Part shown: piece after piece, positions 14,459 to 42,236 of the stretch | Position numbering within the stretch: the stretch's first letter is position 1 | Layout: each line of letters starts with the position of its first letter | Assembly (NCBI GenBank): GCA_040954595.2 | Contig: CM082578.2 | Span: 8,479,519-8,543,518 of the forward strand | Direction of reading: 5' to 3' | Origin: Balanoglossus misakiensis | Lineage: Eukaryota; Animalia; Hemichordata | Length of the DNA: 64,000 nt | Made by a program: the position numbers and the translations under genes | The notes under the pieces: generated by a model | What the model was told of the DNA's origin: nothing | The model's database searches: none | Seen by the model: the letters and a program-made list of their open reading frames with translations, nothing else

Positions 14459-14605
14459 AAAGTTCTAGAACTTTTCAAAACAGTTTAACATCTGAGACTG
14501 GTGGTATTGGTCTGGGGGAAAAAACGACAATTCATTTTAAATGAATGCCAGTACAAGAACACTTGATACTTGGTTTTTCGGTCGACACCGACGAAGTATA
14601 AACGC

Positions 14606-17600
14606 ATGGCAACGACTACGGAGTTTCCCGACTACCTGGAACTCCTAAAAGCCGAGGAAACGTTCACCGACAGCACGGCTGTTGAAGACGACGACACACA
14701 GGAATGGCTGCTTGTAACGCGCATGAAGAAACTCTTCGACGTCGGGCAGGACTCCATGGACGAAACCGGGCAATGTATACTCGATGACTGGGTGTCCATT
14801 CAAGACAGGTTTGAAGAAAAAGAAAAGTGGGATGGTGGAAGCGGTGTCCAGACCGGCGGTGACCGTCCAGTACACACAATGGACGATTTGTTGGACAAAA
14901 CACCCTTGTATATTCCGACGAGGTAACGTCGCTGCGACTGCGAAAATTGTGTTTCGTTTTTTTACCTTCTCATAAAACTGCCATTTGTCTATAGTTTCGA
15001 AAAATTAATGGCGTATTCATCTGTAAATCGTGTTGGAAATTTAAACCTTTCCACACCATGTGTTATCTTCATTTAACGGTTGATTTCCTAGCTTGGTAGA
15101 ACTTGAAAGACTGTATCTCAGCCCAGGGGCTGACCTGACTAAAATCCCACAAAATTCAGCAAAAAAAATCACCCCTAAAAATACTTGTCACAGCCTATAC
15201 TACACAAACGCATTATTGGAATTCTCAATATTTGGGGATTTGTAACTTTACAAGGAGAGTTTGGATTTTCCATCTTCTAAAACCCGCTTATAACTCCCAC
15301 TCGTGTTGCAGAGGACAGAGTAGGTTATCGAAGTGGATGGCTGGTCGCGCCAGTAACAGCGATGACAAAATAAACCACGCCGACGAGACGTCCGATTTGA
15401 CGGTGGAAATCTCGCTTTCCCAGCCTCTGTTGCCACAGGTAACTACTCGAAGTAAAGTCGTTCCCAATTCAATCAGTATGTTGTCATATCTCATGGGCAA
15501 TAGGTGAATTAACGGTGATTGTAACTCACTGACAATTAATTCTTCCAGTTAACATTGCCGTGTTGAGGTATAGACCTAACGTTTGGCTGTTTTGAACACC
15601 GAGAAACGGCATCTTTACAAATACCCTTATATGGTCAAAACTGTCGTGTCTTAGATTTTTTATGAACATGTGGGGCGACCTTTTTTGCGTGACCACACAG
15701 TGAAAATATGTCATTGGTCATAACTTGTAATGCTAACTGCAACTAAAGCATTGTGTAAATCATGGGAAGGCAATGCAAAAGACCATGATGTAAAAAGAAT
15801 AACAAAGAGATTACATTGATTGTTCATGGTAGGCCTAAGATGTACTTTAGAGAGTTTACGTTTTACCTAATAGGAGGAACGAAAACCCACAAACGAAGAT
15901 TATCAAAAAGTCCTGTCACGGCTGGCGGAGAAGGCCAGAGAGACAACAGAGCGGGAGCGGTTGTTCCTTGAGACGCACACCTTGACCGATGAAGCGCCTG
16001 TGTTCGAAGACTTCACCGACAAGGAAGAGCCTGGGAGATCGAAGTCGACGGAGAGGAAATCGAGGAAACGGCGCGCATCGACCAGGACGGGGAAGACCGC
16101 TTCGAAGTACTGGCAAACGCCCCTCGGGATCGCCGTCCGGAAAAATATACCTCTGATTGACATCCTGCAGAAGAAGTGGCGGTTCGTCTACAAAGGGAAC
16201 AGGAAGCTGTTCATGGAGAAGAACGCGAAGCCCGGCGAGCGCGCCGTGTCTGTGGAGGTCGACTGCAGCGACGCCTCCTCGCTCAAGTTGGAGGAGGCGA
16301 CGCAGAAAGAGGGAGCGCCCGGGTGTCCAACTGACAAAGAGGCCGCGAACGAGGGCGCGGTGAAGGATAAAGAGGGAGCTTGCGAGAAGGGTGATCTGGC
16401 TAAGAGCGAAACAGTAATCGGCGAGAACCCCGAGTGGTGTCGTATCTTAAACGAGAGTCGCTTCCAGCCGACGGCGAAGGCATTCATCCCCCAGAGCCAG
16501 CAAATGTCTGTTGCCATCACAACGGTGACCACAACCACCGCGTACAAACCCGTGTATCCTCACACGACCAGCGTCTGGTCAACTCTCAACAGTCCAGTCC
16601 AACACCACCAACCGCAGCTCGGGCCAGTGGCCAAACAGCAGCCCCAGGCACAGGCACGACCCGTAGTTTTCGTCCCACCTCCTCCACGTTACGGCGTTTA
16701 TCCGAAGCCGGAATTTGTAATGCCTATTATACACCATCCCATCGGTTCGGGGTTTATCCGTTGGCGGCAGCAATACCTAGCGCAAAGTCAACGATATCCA
16801 TCGCAGGAGAACTTCCAGAGGTCAATGGGCCTAATCCGTGAACCGGTGCTGGGAAGCGGAACGGTGGTACAGAGACCGCCGTTCGCCCAACGGCCGCCTC
16901 AACCCCAGTACGCGGGTCACCCCCGAAACCACTTCCAGGCCACGAACCAACCTCAGCCGCCGAACCAGAGCCCCTCACAGTTTCCGACCACGATGCCGCC
17001 TCAACAACAAACGCCACCCAACAAGAAGGCACCGACAATGGGAGATCCGAATTTATTTTCTGGTTTACAAGATCATCAGAAAAAGACTAACCAAACATCC
17101 CAAATGGACAGGTGAGTGGACAAAAGGGTTCTTTCGTTGGGTTTTATTATCACTTATCTCCTTTAAGAAGTAAACTTGGCAGGAATCTTTGAATTTCGCA
17201 TTCAGCCTGTCAATCCATATCGTTTTGGGATTGCGAGTTGCAATCCTTCTACGACAAAATTGTTTTCATGTCTGAACAACGAAAAAATTTGGAATGGGTG
17301 ATTTTACGCCAAAAAGCACGTTCACACATTCAACTGAGTAACAACATAGACACGATAGTTTCTGTCTATATACTTCTCGTATGCTAAAAAGCACACCGTG
17401 CCATGAAGTACAAGCAGCCTTCTGGCAACCAATTTGTATTAGAACAACTCTTCACTGCCCGTTTGTCTAACCAACAGAGGAAGTGATTCTGCAGTCACCG
17501 AGCTTGCAAAGGAAACGACCGGGCACGAGAGCCAGCCGTCCCGTTCCCCTGGCGACGCCGCGCATCACCAGAGCCCGAACCACGCCCTGAAAAACCCTGG

Positions 17601-17719
17601 CCAGCAAAAGCCGACTCAGAGCCAGTCGCAACCTCCTGTCAACCGGCCACAGTTAAACCAACAACAGATGACCGCCCTGTCCCCGAAAGCGAGCGGTAAC
17701 CAGTCGAAAACAACTGGTC

Positions 17720-17791
<72 letters not shown>

Positions 17792-18348
17792 ATCAACAAC
17801 AAAAACAGCAGCAGCAGCGTAATAGTTACCAGCAGTTGCCGCCATGGTGGAACCGGGCAAATCCGCCCTATGTCCAACTGCGGCAGTCCGAGTTGGCGGA
17901 TTGGTATTATCATTGGGAATTTTCTCAGAAGATGGGATTAAATACAAGTCACCTGCACCCTGCTCTACAATATCAAGCGCCAATACGGCCTCCATTTTAT
18001 CCTCCCCGACATGGATCGCCCAGGTCGGCTACAGCGGACAATGTTCACAAACCAACCGCGGCCCCGCCTCAGGAACAACCGCTAGTCCGGAACGGCGTAC
18101 CCAGCATGCATCCGAGTCCTCCCAGCATTCAACGCCAACAGCAAAACTGGGGCCAGAGTAATCTCAATCCGAACGTTGCCTCATTTTCAAATAGGAATTC
18201 AACCCAGAGCTTGCGGCATGGCTCACCTGTCGCCAAAAAAGATGGCGGTCAGGTGAAGCCCGAGAAAGTCAGCTGTGACAAAACCGACATTCGTGTAAAA
18301 AGAACATCACTTCAAGACGTGGACCTCACGAAGGGGAATACAACTTGA
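14606..18348 (+). CDS. Uncharacterised ~850-aa Q/P-rich low-complexity protein; exons 14606-14922, 15312-15438, 15874-17111, 17478-18348
   Basis: Four GT-AG exons join in phase (2,0,2) into 2553 nt with no internal stop; AATAAA near 18470. No family recognised. Confidence 0.8.
17719..17790 (+). repeat. Coding (CAA)24 polyglutamine tract
   Basis: 72 nt of pure CAA in frame in the last exon. Confidence 0.95.
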
Positions 18349-18869
18349 AAACTCAAAATCCACTTCGTGCAAAGTTTGGATATACAAGTCCAATGGATTC
18401 CGCTTTCTATTGTGAGTTCAACAACGTTATATAAACTCTGAGACGGCCTGGAAGGATGTAACAATCGGGAATAAAATTATTTTTTTATCATTTTACATAT
18501 TTCATGAAGACGTAGAGAGGAATAGATGTTGTATTTTTGTTCTGTTTACTGAATATTTAATTAAAAAAACGATTTGAAATTGTACTTTGTATTCTTTGTT
18601 TAATGTTTCAAACGATTGTCAGTTAAAAGAAAAAAAGATTTGACATAGAGAATGCAGCCCTGATCTTTTTTTTTATATAAAAAAGTGTCTGCATCGATTT
18701 TAGTGCAAAGACGAAAAGTTTACTTTGAGAATACACAACGATGAAAGTTCTTGTAAGCTGTACTTAATTCTTGAATATTTTATATTGGCGTCCATGGATC
18801 TCGCAAAAAATATCGACACTCTAATTTCTAAAGACAATTAAATTAACAGCGTGGTTGATTGTATTCATT

Positions 18870-21214
18870 TCATTTCTTGGTAGCTTTCGGCATATCGATG
18901 GCGACACCCCTGCCGTTATATTCATCTGTTGCCAAGGCGAGCAGCATAAACTTGGCGACGTTGGCCCGAGGAATTTTACCAGCACCCCCTACGACGAACT
19001 GGCGCTCTTCAATCTTGAAGTCATTATCTGTCAAAGACAAATTTTGGTGAAAAAATAAGTGACAATTGGCAATGAATAAGTCAACTTACATTGATCATGC
19101 ATTGAACACGAATTATGCTGTAAAACAACAATCTGATTAAAATCAAAGGTTGGCTCGATCTTTACTATTGTGGCATACATTCGAGAACAGAACAGTCAAA
19201 CCTACCAAATATAAAATGGTACCGTGCCTTCTACCGTGAAGATTTATACAACACGCATATTTCAATTCAGTTTCAGTTTCAGTTTCAGTTTCAGAAACGA
19301 TGAACATTCTCGTGTGTATGACTGTCATCCAACCTTTCACGACCATTCCGGATAAATTTGTAAATTCACGTGACGACACATCCATGATTTGTAGGAACTC
19401 ACCGTTCATCCTGGCATTTGTAAGCATTCCTGGCCTCACGATGGTGAACTTGATATCGTTACATTCGCCGAAAAGATAGTCTTCCATGATTGCCATACTA
19501 GACAGAGGTTTCTTCAGGAAAAGCGGCTTCACAAACTTCTCAAGCATAGCCGGCCCTGGATCTTTCGGATCCGCTAGAAAAGAGATTTGTGAATTAATTG
19601 TACAGGCACCATCGATGAGTCTAGAGCTTTAAGTTACAATACCATGATTTGGTAGTTTTCGAGGGGGTGCATTTTATATGAATGTAGAAAATCTGCCCGA
19701 CTGGAGATTCTAAGTTGAGTACATGAAACGTGCGATGAAATCTTTCACTATACCGACACATACCCCCCTCGCCCCTTTCGAACATTTCAAAAACTGAACT
19801 TCACTTACAGACGGCACACCACGACGTTATACACACCAGTCTGTACACGTCGGAATCCCTCATGGCCGGAACTATCGCCCTCATGCTGTCTTCATAGAAC
19901 GTATACCTGGAGAACATTTTCTGCGGGCAACCAAGACACGACAAAACAGCATCGTGTCCAGTGAAGTACGGCTGTAGCGAATCACTGGACATCACATCGG
20001 CTTGAACAACCTGTGAAAATGGTATGAAAAGCGTAGAATGATTTCCACTGAGTGTGTGATAGATAAAAGTAAGGAAGTTTTTTTTTCTTTTATCCATTAA
20101 GTAAAATCAATACATTCACGTTCCGTAAGTAACGGTGAAACTGTCGGAGTAAAATGCATCGTATCGAACCGGTTACGACATATGATGGTGACGTCATCAG
20201 ATATCGAGCATGCAAAGTTATAGACGTCAATCAATCTCCTCGGAAATAAAGCCATGCTTTCGTAATATCCTCCAAGGATCAGTCATCAGAAACACTGAGT
20301 GAATACCAGTAAGTTTACACTGGTTTAAGGAGACGTGACAGATACCCGCAGTGAAGTCATACTGCCAGGGGCTATTATTGTCAGAACGATAGGCGTTATA
20401 TGACCATGAGTAGACTGGCATGGCCGCTCTAGTCTAGTCCTGTACACGCGCCAATTTCATGCGAGGAATGTTTACTATATGTAACACTAAATACCTGTTA
20501 TATTCCTTACGTAAGACAGTTACGATCTGGTACACTTTGATCATTGTACACTGCGGACCTTTGACGTTCTTATATGCTCGTCACCTGAAAATTCCCGTAT
20601 TTTATTGTACATGTACATTTTATCTTTGTTGATAAAACTATGTTGAGAATATCCCCCATAAATACTAACCTATTATGATAATCATTTTAGTTACGTAAGA
20701 CGTTCGAAAGAGTGTAGTTCTCAGTGGTCGAAGCTCCCGGTGTAAATGTCACACCAGGCCTGCTGCACAAACTATTTGCAGGGACTACCTCGAGCTAAGC
20801 GCGTTCTACCAAACGTTCCCAAGATAGAAGAAGCGAAATAGACAGTCTAATGACAAACAAACATACCCAAGGAGTACAATCACAGCGAACAATTTTATGG
20901 AGACAAAAATAAAAACGCCAAACGACTATGAGCAAATGTATTACGTAAAGCTCAGCCTACTGTTAGTCTGATTTTAAAAAGCCCACACACAGTCGCTTGC
21001 GGCGATCGTTAAAAAAAAGACTTTTCATTGTGTCGCCTTTGACAGACTATGTAGAAACTATAGTAAAGGAAAAGGTTACCTTGAGGTTATTGTGCTTAAT
21101 TTTCATGTTTGACGGATTTCTGACGATAGCGGTCAGTTGGTGCCCCTGATCGAGGGCTTGTTGCACGAGCAAAACACCAGTACGCCCTGTCGCACCCAAT
21201 ACTATAAGTTTCAT
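18870..21214 (-). CDS. BLVRB: Flavin reductase (NADPH)/biliverdin reductase B-like NAD(P)-binding protein, 221 aa; exons 21214-21080, 20010-19809, 19573-19403, 19027-18870
   Basis: Starts MKLIVLGATGRTG (Rossmann motif) followed by ALDQGHQLTAIVRNP, GHDAVLSCLG, FTIVRPG and IPRANVAKFML. Exons sum to 666 nt in phase. May be a paralog rather than the ortholog. Confidence 0.85.
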
Positions 21215-22284
21215 GTTGATATTTCTGTCGCGTTTCTTGCTCGTCCGCTGTTCTGGGGGTCGCTTCTTGTCCCTGCTCTAGTCAAATTTCGTCAACGTCT
21301 CCACAGTGGACTTTCCAACTTTTGATGATTTGTGGACTGCGGTCTCTGCACTCACGCATATTACCGACGAGATCTCGTGCATCGCGAGAAACACACGAGA
21401 TTTGACCAGTTGGCAACAACTGTCAAGTCATCATTCGTGGACCGTCCCGAACAGCAGACTATCACAATGCAGTGTCGTCCGTCTGTATACATAATTTGAT
21501 TGAATTTTGTCGACCAAGGATTTGTAGCAGTGCTTATTATTATTGTTTTTTTTTAAAAGACCGTGGTATATCCTGTTCAGAGAAAAGAAGATGATTTGAT
21601 CGACCCGCATTTGCCTTGCGGAACGAATTTGTAGAGATCGGGAAGCGAAGGCACATCAGATGACGGAGTGGATGTTCTCAATGTTTCTTTACTACACACT
21701 TTCAAGTTGAAAGTGGAGTTCTATAAAGTGTGAAAATAATTGATATGCTCGTAATATAATGACTACTATTTGTTTGGGGTTTGTGAAAGTTTGTAAACTT
21801 GAGCGCATTTTGTCTCATTGATTGATTGAAAGTTACGCCAGTGTTTCCTGCAAGAAAATACGGTTTAATGAGACGTTTCAACAAGCGAAAGACTAGATTT
21901 ACTTTAATCAAATTCGTTCATTATATCAACAAAACATTGTGGAAACACTCGAATGTCATGATATTACATATCCATCGTATGAAATCCGATCAAACATCGA
22001 CGAGTTCAGATAATTTCTAATAATGATCTCGAGCATCATTGGTTGCACGAGGACCGCAGCAACGAACGCTGCATGGCAACGGGTGAGCTATTATACTACT
22101 TCGTTCATTTTGTGCCATCCGTGGAACTTGAAAACAAGTGTCCACACCTGCGCACTACGGTCGAGTTTCGACACGCATCTTCTCACGAACCTTTCAACTT
22201 GCACGCGGATTTGAATTGAACTGGAGTGGATTTCCCAACTCTATCGACATTTTTTTTACCTCGGATCCTCTTCACGTTGAAAAT

Positions 22285-25200
22285 ATGCGGCGTTTGACTT
22301 TTCCCCTCGGGATGTTCATTCTAATCCCGGCGCTGCTGATGCCGGTTCCCGCCAGCGCCGACGCTTACGTGGTTTACAGCCGGAGTGGGGATGTCTTGAT
22401 CGGAGGGTTGTTTCCGCTGCACGACTACGACGGACACTTGGCCGAATGCGGCAACTTGCTGAATATGTCCGCGCTGCGGATGGTAGAAGCCATGGCATTC
22501 GCCGTGGAGGAGATCAACGCGGACGAATCGATCTTGCCCAACGTGACCATCGGGTTCGAGATCTACGACACGTGCCTCGATTCCATGAAGACTTTGGAGA
22601 GATCTCTGGAGTTGGTGCCGGCGCAGCGCTCATTTCTGTGTCTCAACCGGGACCCCGTCGTCTCGATTCCAGACCGCAAAAACGGAAAGATTCTGAACCA
22701 GCTGCCGCTTTGCAAGAAGTACATGGCAGCTGCCGTCGGCGCAAGAAGGAGCACCTCAAGCGTCCAGGCGGCAAGCTTGCTGGGCATCTATCGTCTGCCG
22801 CAGATCAGCTATCTCTCCACCTGCGATGACCTGAGCAACAAGAACAAGTACCCGTTCTTCATGCGCACCGTACCGCCCGACAAATATCAAATCAGGGCAA
22901 TGGCGAGCCTGTTGTTGTACTTCAACTGGACCTTCGTGTCCGTCGTGTACTCGGACGAAGTCTACGGCACGGGCGGTTCGTCCTCTTTTTACAGCCTGGC
23001 CGAGGAGACCGGGATTTGTATCACCACGCTCTTTCGGTTGTCGGAGAGTGCAGCCCAGGCCGACTACGATGCCGTGATCGCAGGGCTGCTGAAGTACACC
23101 CCGGCCGCCAAGGTGGTCATCTTGTTCGCCCATTCAGACCAAGCCAACTTGTTACTGGAAGCCAGTGCAAGAGCTGGTGTTGTTGGCGAGTTTATTTGGA
23201 TCGGCAGTGACAGTTGGGGGTCGGAAGGCCTAGCAAGAATCAATGGGCATCAGGGCGCGGCATTTGGTATGTTCTAGTATCACGAGTTAAAATAATAAGA
23301 GTCATTTTTTACAAATTGAAAAGGTATGCGATCGCCTGTGCAAATTTAACAACAGAAAGTTAATATCTAGTTATTGGTTTCGCTCCTTGTTTGAGATCAA
23401 ATACAAATTAATAAATCTAATTTGCGTTACTTATATTTAGGCTCACTGCTCTTCAAACCGCGCACATCAAGAGTCCCGGAGTTCGAGGAATATTATTCGA
23501 GCATAGTGCCTTCAAAGAGTGATAATCCATGGATTTACGAGTTCCTGGAGGAGTACACCGGTTGTTCCAGGTATCCTAACTGGACTGGGAAGGGCAGCTG
23601 CGATGAGCCCGGATTGCTGACGGTCACGGACGATGAGGACCACGCGGCTCTGATCATCGACGCCGTGTACGCAATCGCCCGGGCCATTCACGTGATCCAG
23701 GAACGTTACTGCAGCAGCGAGGATCCGCTGTGCGACGCCATCTCCCCGCCGATAGGGGACGTCCTGATGGGGCTCCTTCTTCAGCTGAACTTCACGGGGG
23801 CCAACGGCGCCGTCAGCTTCGATGAAAACGGGGACCCGGCGGCGGGAGCGTACGTGATAAGCAACGTTCAGATTGGCGAGGACGGCAGGCACGTTCTGGT
23901 TCCGGTGGGTCGCTGGAGCAGCCAGGTCGGGGACACCCTGGGCGACCTGGAACTGTTTGGTGAGATCCAGTGGAACAACGGCACTTGTCGCACCTCGGAG
24001 TACAACGCGACCGGCCAGAGCGGGAGCGTGCCGAGCTCGACCTGCAGCCAGCCGTGCAAGGCCGGCGAGGTCACGCTCAGGTCGTCGGAGTGGGAGTGCT
24101 GCTGGATGTGTCAGAAGTGCCAGCTCCGGGAGATCATGGTGAAAAACGACACCGAGTGCCAGGAATGCCTCGGCTTCACCTGGCCGCACCCCGACCAGCG
24201 CCACTGCGAGGAGATCCCGCCGGACTACCTCAAATGGTCAGACCCCTGGGCAATCACCTTCGCCATTGTCGCCTCCTTATGCCTGCTTGCCACCATAGCA
24301 ACCGTTGTCGTCTACATCGCACACAACGACAACCGCCTTATCAAGGCCTCGAGTCGTGAACTGTGTTATATACTACTGCTCGGCATCACTTTCCTCTACG
24401 TCACCGTATTCTACCATCTGGCCAAACCGTCGCACACCGTGTGTTGCTTTCGCCGATGGACCTTCACGTCGCTGTGTATGATCTACGCACCCCTAGCAAC
24501 GAAGACTAACCGGATCTATCGAATCTTTGCAAGTGGCAAGAAGTCCGTCAAGAGACCACGATTTGTTAGCTCCCAAGCACAGGTGATCATCGCCATTACG
24601 TTGGTATCTGTCCAGGTGAGAAGATGTCTAAGTCTACATCGATCATATCATCATGATATCGTATCGTATCGGATGACACCGCACCACACCGCACCACACC
24701 ACACCACACCACACCACATCACCCGTTTTTGTGTTCAGTCTTATTCAATTTCATCGTACTAGTATTTAGGCTACATCATTCGGACAGAGAGATTGTTTTA
24801 AACGTCGGTTTATTAATCTATTTCGTCTCTAACAGGTTATCATAGCAACCACCTTGATCATCGTGTACCCACCAGAAGCCATACTTGTCATGGCAGACCC
24901 GAACAAACCGTACGTTGATCTGATGTGTCGGCCGTCGTTCGAGTTCGGCCTGATCTCTTTGTCGTACATCCTGCTTCTGTTGTGCGCCAGCGCCTATCAG
25001 GCCTTCAAGACGCGAAAGCTCCCGGCCAACTACAACGAGTCCCGGTTCATCACTTTCAGCGTGTTCTCCGCTCTGGTGATAGTCCTAGCGGTGCTGCCCG
25101 CCTGCTTCCTGACCGTGCCCTCCAAGTACAAGATAGTGTACGGCGTCATGGGTCTCCTGTTGAACGGTTCAGTCATACTGGGCTGTGTCTTCTTCCCGAA

Positions 25201-25576
25201 GATATTCGCCATCTACTTCGTCGAGGAGGACGAGCTCAACGTTCAGGTGCACAGCCCGCAGCACACGGCCGCCACGCGCCAAGCGACCACCGTAAGCAGC
25301 GTCCCTCGACAGGACTCGTACCTGTCGAACCCGGCGTCGTCCTCAAGTTGGAAAGATGGCGGCAAGAAGGAGAAAATAAGGCCGGTGAAGGTTTCAACTG
25401 TGTTCAGAATATGCGACAGGTTCCGGAAAACGAAAGTGTCCGATTCGAAAGAACACCTCCACGGGGACGAATGCACACACCGAGGGCGAGAGGAAGGAAC
25501 GGCGACGCCTATTCAACGACACGCTTCCATCTCCACCTTGGAGAAGACATCACGTGATACAGAATCAGAAATTTAG
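22285..25576 (+). CDS. Metabotropic glutamate receptor-like class C GPCR, ~965 aa; exons 22285-23266, 23441-24615, 24836-25576
   Basis: Signal peptide, then Venus-flytrap motifs (GDVLIGGLFPLH, EAMAFAVEEIN, PQISY, FMRTVPPD, WIGSDSW), a cysteine-rich domain (CSQPC...CCWMC), and 7TM motifs IKASSRELCY, KTNRIYRIF, FKTRKLPANYNESRFI. C-terminus ESEI. Exons sum to 2898 nt in phase. Confidence 0.93.
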
Positions 25577-26329
25577 CTTTATTAAATAAAACTGTCCAAA
25601 TAACAATAAACGCGACAAGTAGACAATCTGTTTACAGACCATTTCATCTTGATGAACGTGCCTTATTTTAGCAAAGAAAAAAGATCATGTTATGTTTCTC
25701 AGTTCCGTGCACCTAGCAGACGCCTGCCACAAACTTTCATTTTGGAGAAGGCAGTAAGAGTCGACTTTTGCACTTAGCAAATACTTATTGAAAATTATTG
25801 TAATTATTGTAACTGACTAGATTTAAATAAATTTATGTGTTTGCGATGTATCCAGAACACCTCGAAACGCCACTCGTCACTTCGATATACGTTGTACAAT
25901 TGGACTTGTATAATTTCGGATTATATCCCCTATTGTGTGGTCAGTTTCATAATTATTTAATGTAAAAAACAATTAAGTAGTTGGTAATCCATAGAGTATA
26001 TTAGTTTGTTTTGTATTTCTATGTTAATTCACAGCACTCGGCAAATCTCTGTGGTATCAGAGTAACCACCTGTTGATATCGATCCCCTTTTAATCCCCTT
26101 GGTGCGCATGACTGGAGACATGCAACATGCAAGGAGACTGGAAATCAGCTGGGCAACACGATCTGAAAACGAGGCTACGTCTCATTAAGTTGATTAATGA
26201 TGCAATAGAAGCACTTAGTTATATAATCACAGCTCGACATTCATGATGTCTTCTTCTCCCCATTTGGGTCAATGCGGGATGTCGTCGTCATATTGAGTTT
26301 GAAAAGAACTTGAATTTGTACTTGGTCCC

Positions 26330-26471
26330 CGACCAGACCGACATTGTTCACAGCACTGTAAGTGACCGTGGGCGGGTCACCCGCAGGCGGTCAATAGAGT
26401 CCACTGCAGGCTTGTTCCGGCGCATGGCGTGTCGGGTTGCTAAGGGTCGAGAGGTATTCGCCACCCGCCAG
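26330..26471 (+). promoter_or_regulatory. Putative promoter / non-coding first exon of the NWD-type gene
   Basis: GC-rich patch ending in a strong donor CAG|GTAAGT at 26471/2. The next acceptor at 27638 precedes ATG 27701. The start coordinate is approximate. Confidence 0.45.
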
Positions 26472-27700
26472 GTAAGTCGCTGTGTCCCGATAAATGGCGC
26501 AATAAACGGCGCGCTGACATAATGTAGTGTAGGTTTTTGTTGCAGGTACCTGGCTCAATATACTCCCAGATACTCACGTTCGTGATGTTGTCAAATCGAT
26601 ACTTGTTTTTAGGTTTGTTCATGTTGCAGTTCGATCGTCCGGCGCGCACAACGACGGTGGTGTAATACCTGGCCACCATGCAGAGCAGTGTGTCAAACGC
26701 CTTTCAAATGCACTAGAATAGTTCTCAAAACGTTTAACATTTTGATTACCTGTACCGAACACAGGCAGTATTTGTAATGGTCGCCCTTATTTATGAGCGT
26801 ATTTTCAACGGACTTTCTCTGACCACCGTAAGAAAGTGGTTGGTGAGCGCGTCGTGACGGTCATTCGCTCTCATTTTGAAAGTGAACGCTAGATCAATCA
26901 ATACAGTGAAAGCCAATTCCGTGTGTAAATGCTGTGCCCGATTGTTGTTTATAAAGTAGACACACCTCACCATAGACAATTTTAATGCACTTATTGTTAG
27001 CCTGCGCTTCGGTGAATTGTCTGACAACAAAATGAACAGAATGCCATCGAATAGGAATGTGTCGCTGTTTTTAACTGTTCTACATAAGCATGTGTGTGTG
27101 TGTGTGTGTGAAGATCGAATGTCCAGTGCAAAGATCGACGTACAACGTCATTACGGGACGAATGTACATAACATACGGACTCTCCAAAGGACGTAAATAA
27201 ACAGGTCTTTACATGTAAAAAGTACATACTTTGCATATTGAAAATAGTTGCACGTCGGTAGACATGACCCCACCAGTGGGGTCATGCCTCGAATCGTGAC
27301 CCTATCAGGATAACAAGAGGATAATTGGCTTACGTTTAACCTTCTTTTCAATTCTCGATAAATACTGATAAATGTGTCGTGCCTGTGAGGAGGAAGTCAA
27401 GATATGTTATCAGCAAAAAATAAAACACCTCACAATGAAGTTATTAAAATTACCGTCATTTTAGAGTGATTGCTACAAAATCCATGGGTGTACTTGAACG
27501 AAAATAATTTTTTCAACATATGTAATTGTGTTGTCATATATACCTGTGGTAAACAAAATAAATGAGATATTTATCAAACAAAGCAGTCTAGTAAACAGCA
27601 AAGGCTTTGATTAGAGTTTCGTTTCATTTCATTTCAGACATGACAGTTATAACCTGAACGAACGAAGTTGAGAGCTGAGACGTCACATCACGTGTTTGCG

Positions 27701-42236
<14,536 letters not shown>

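Noticed and set aside
19148-19165. Short match ggttggctcgatctttac to ~34015-34033
   Set aside because: Too short, with no extension into the flanks; at most a repeat remnant.
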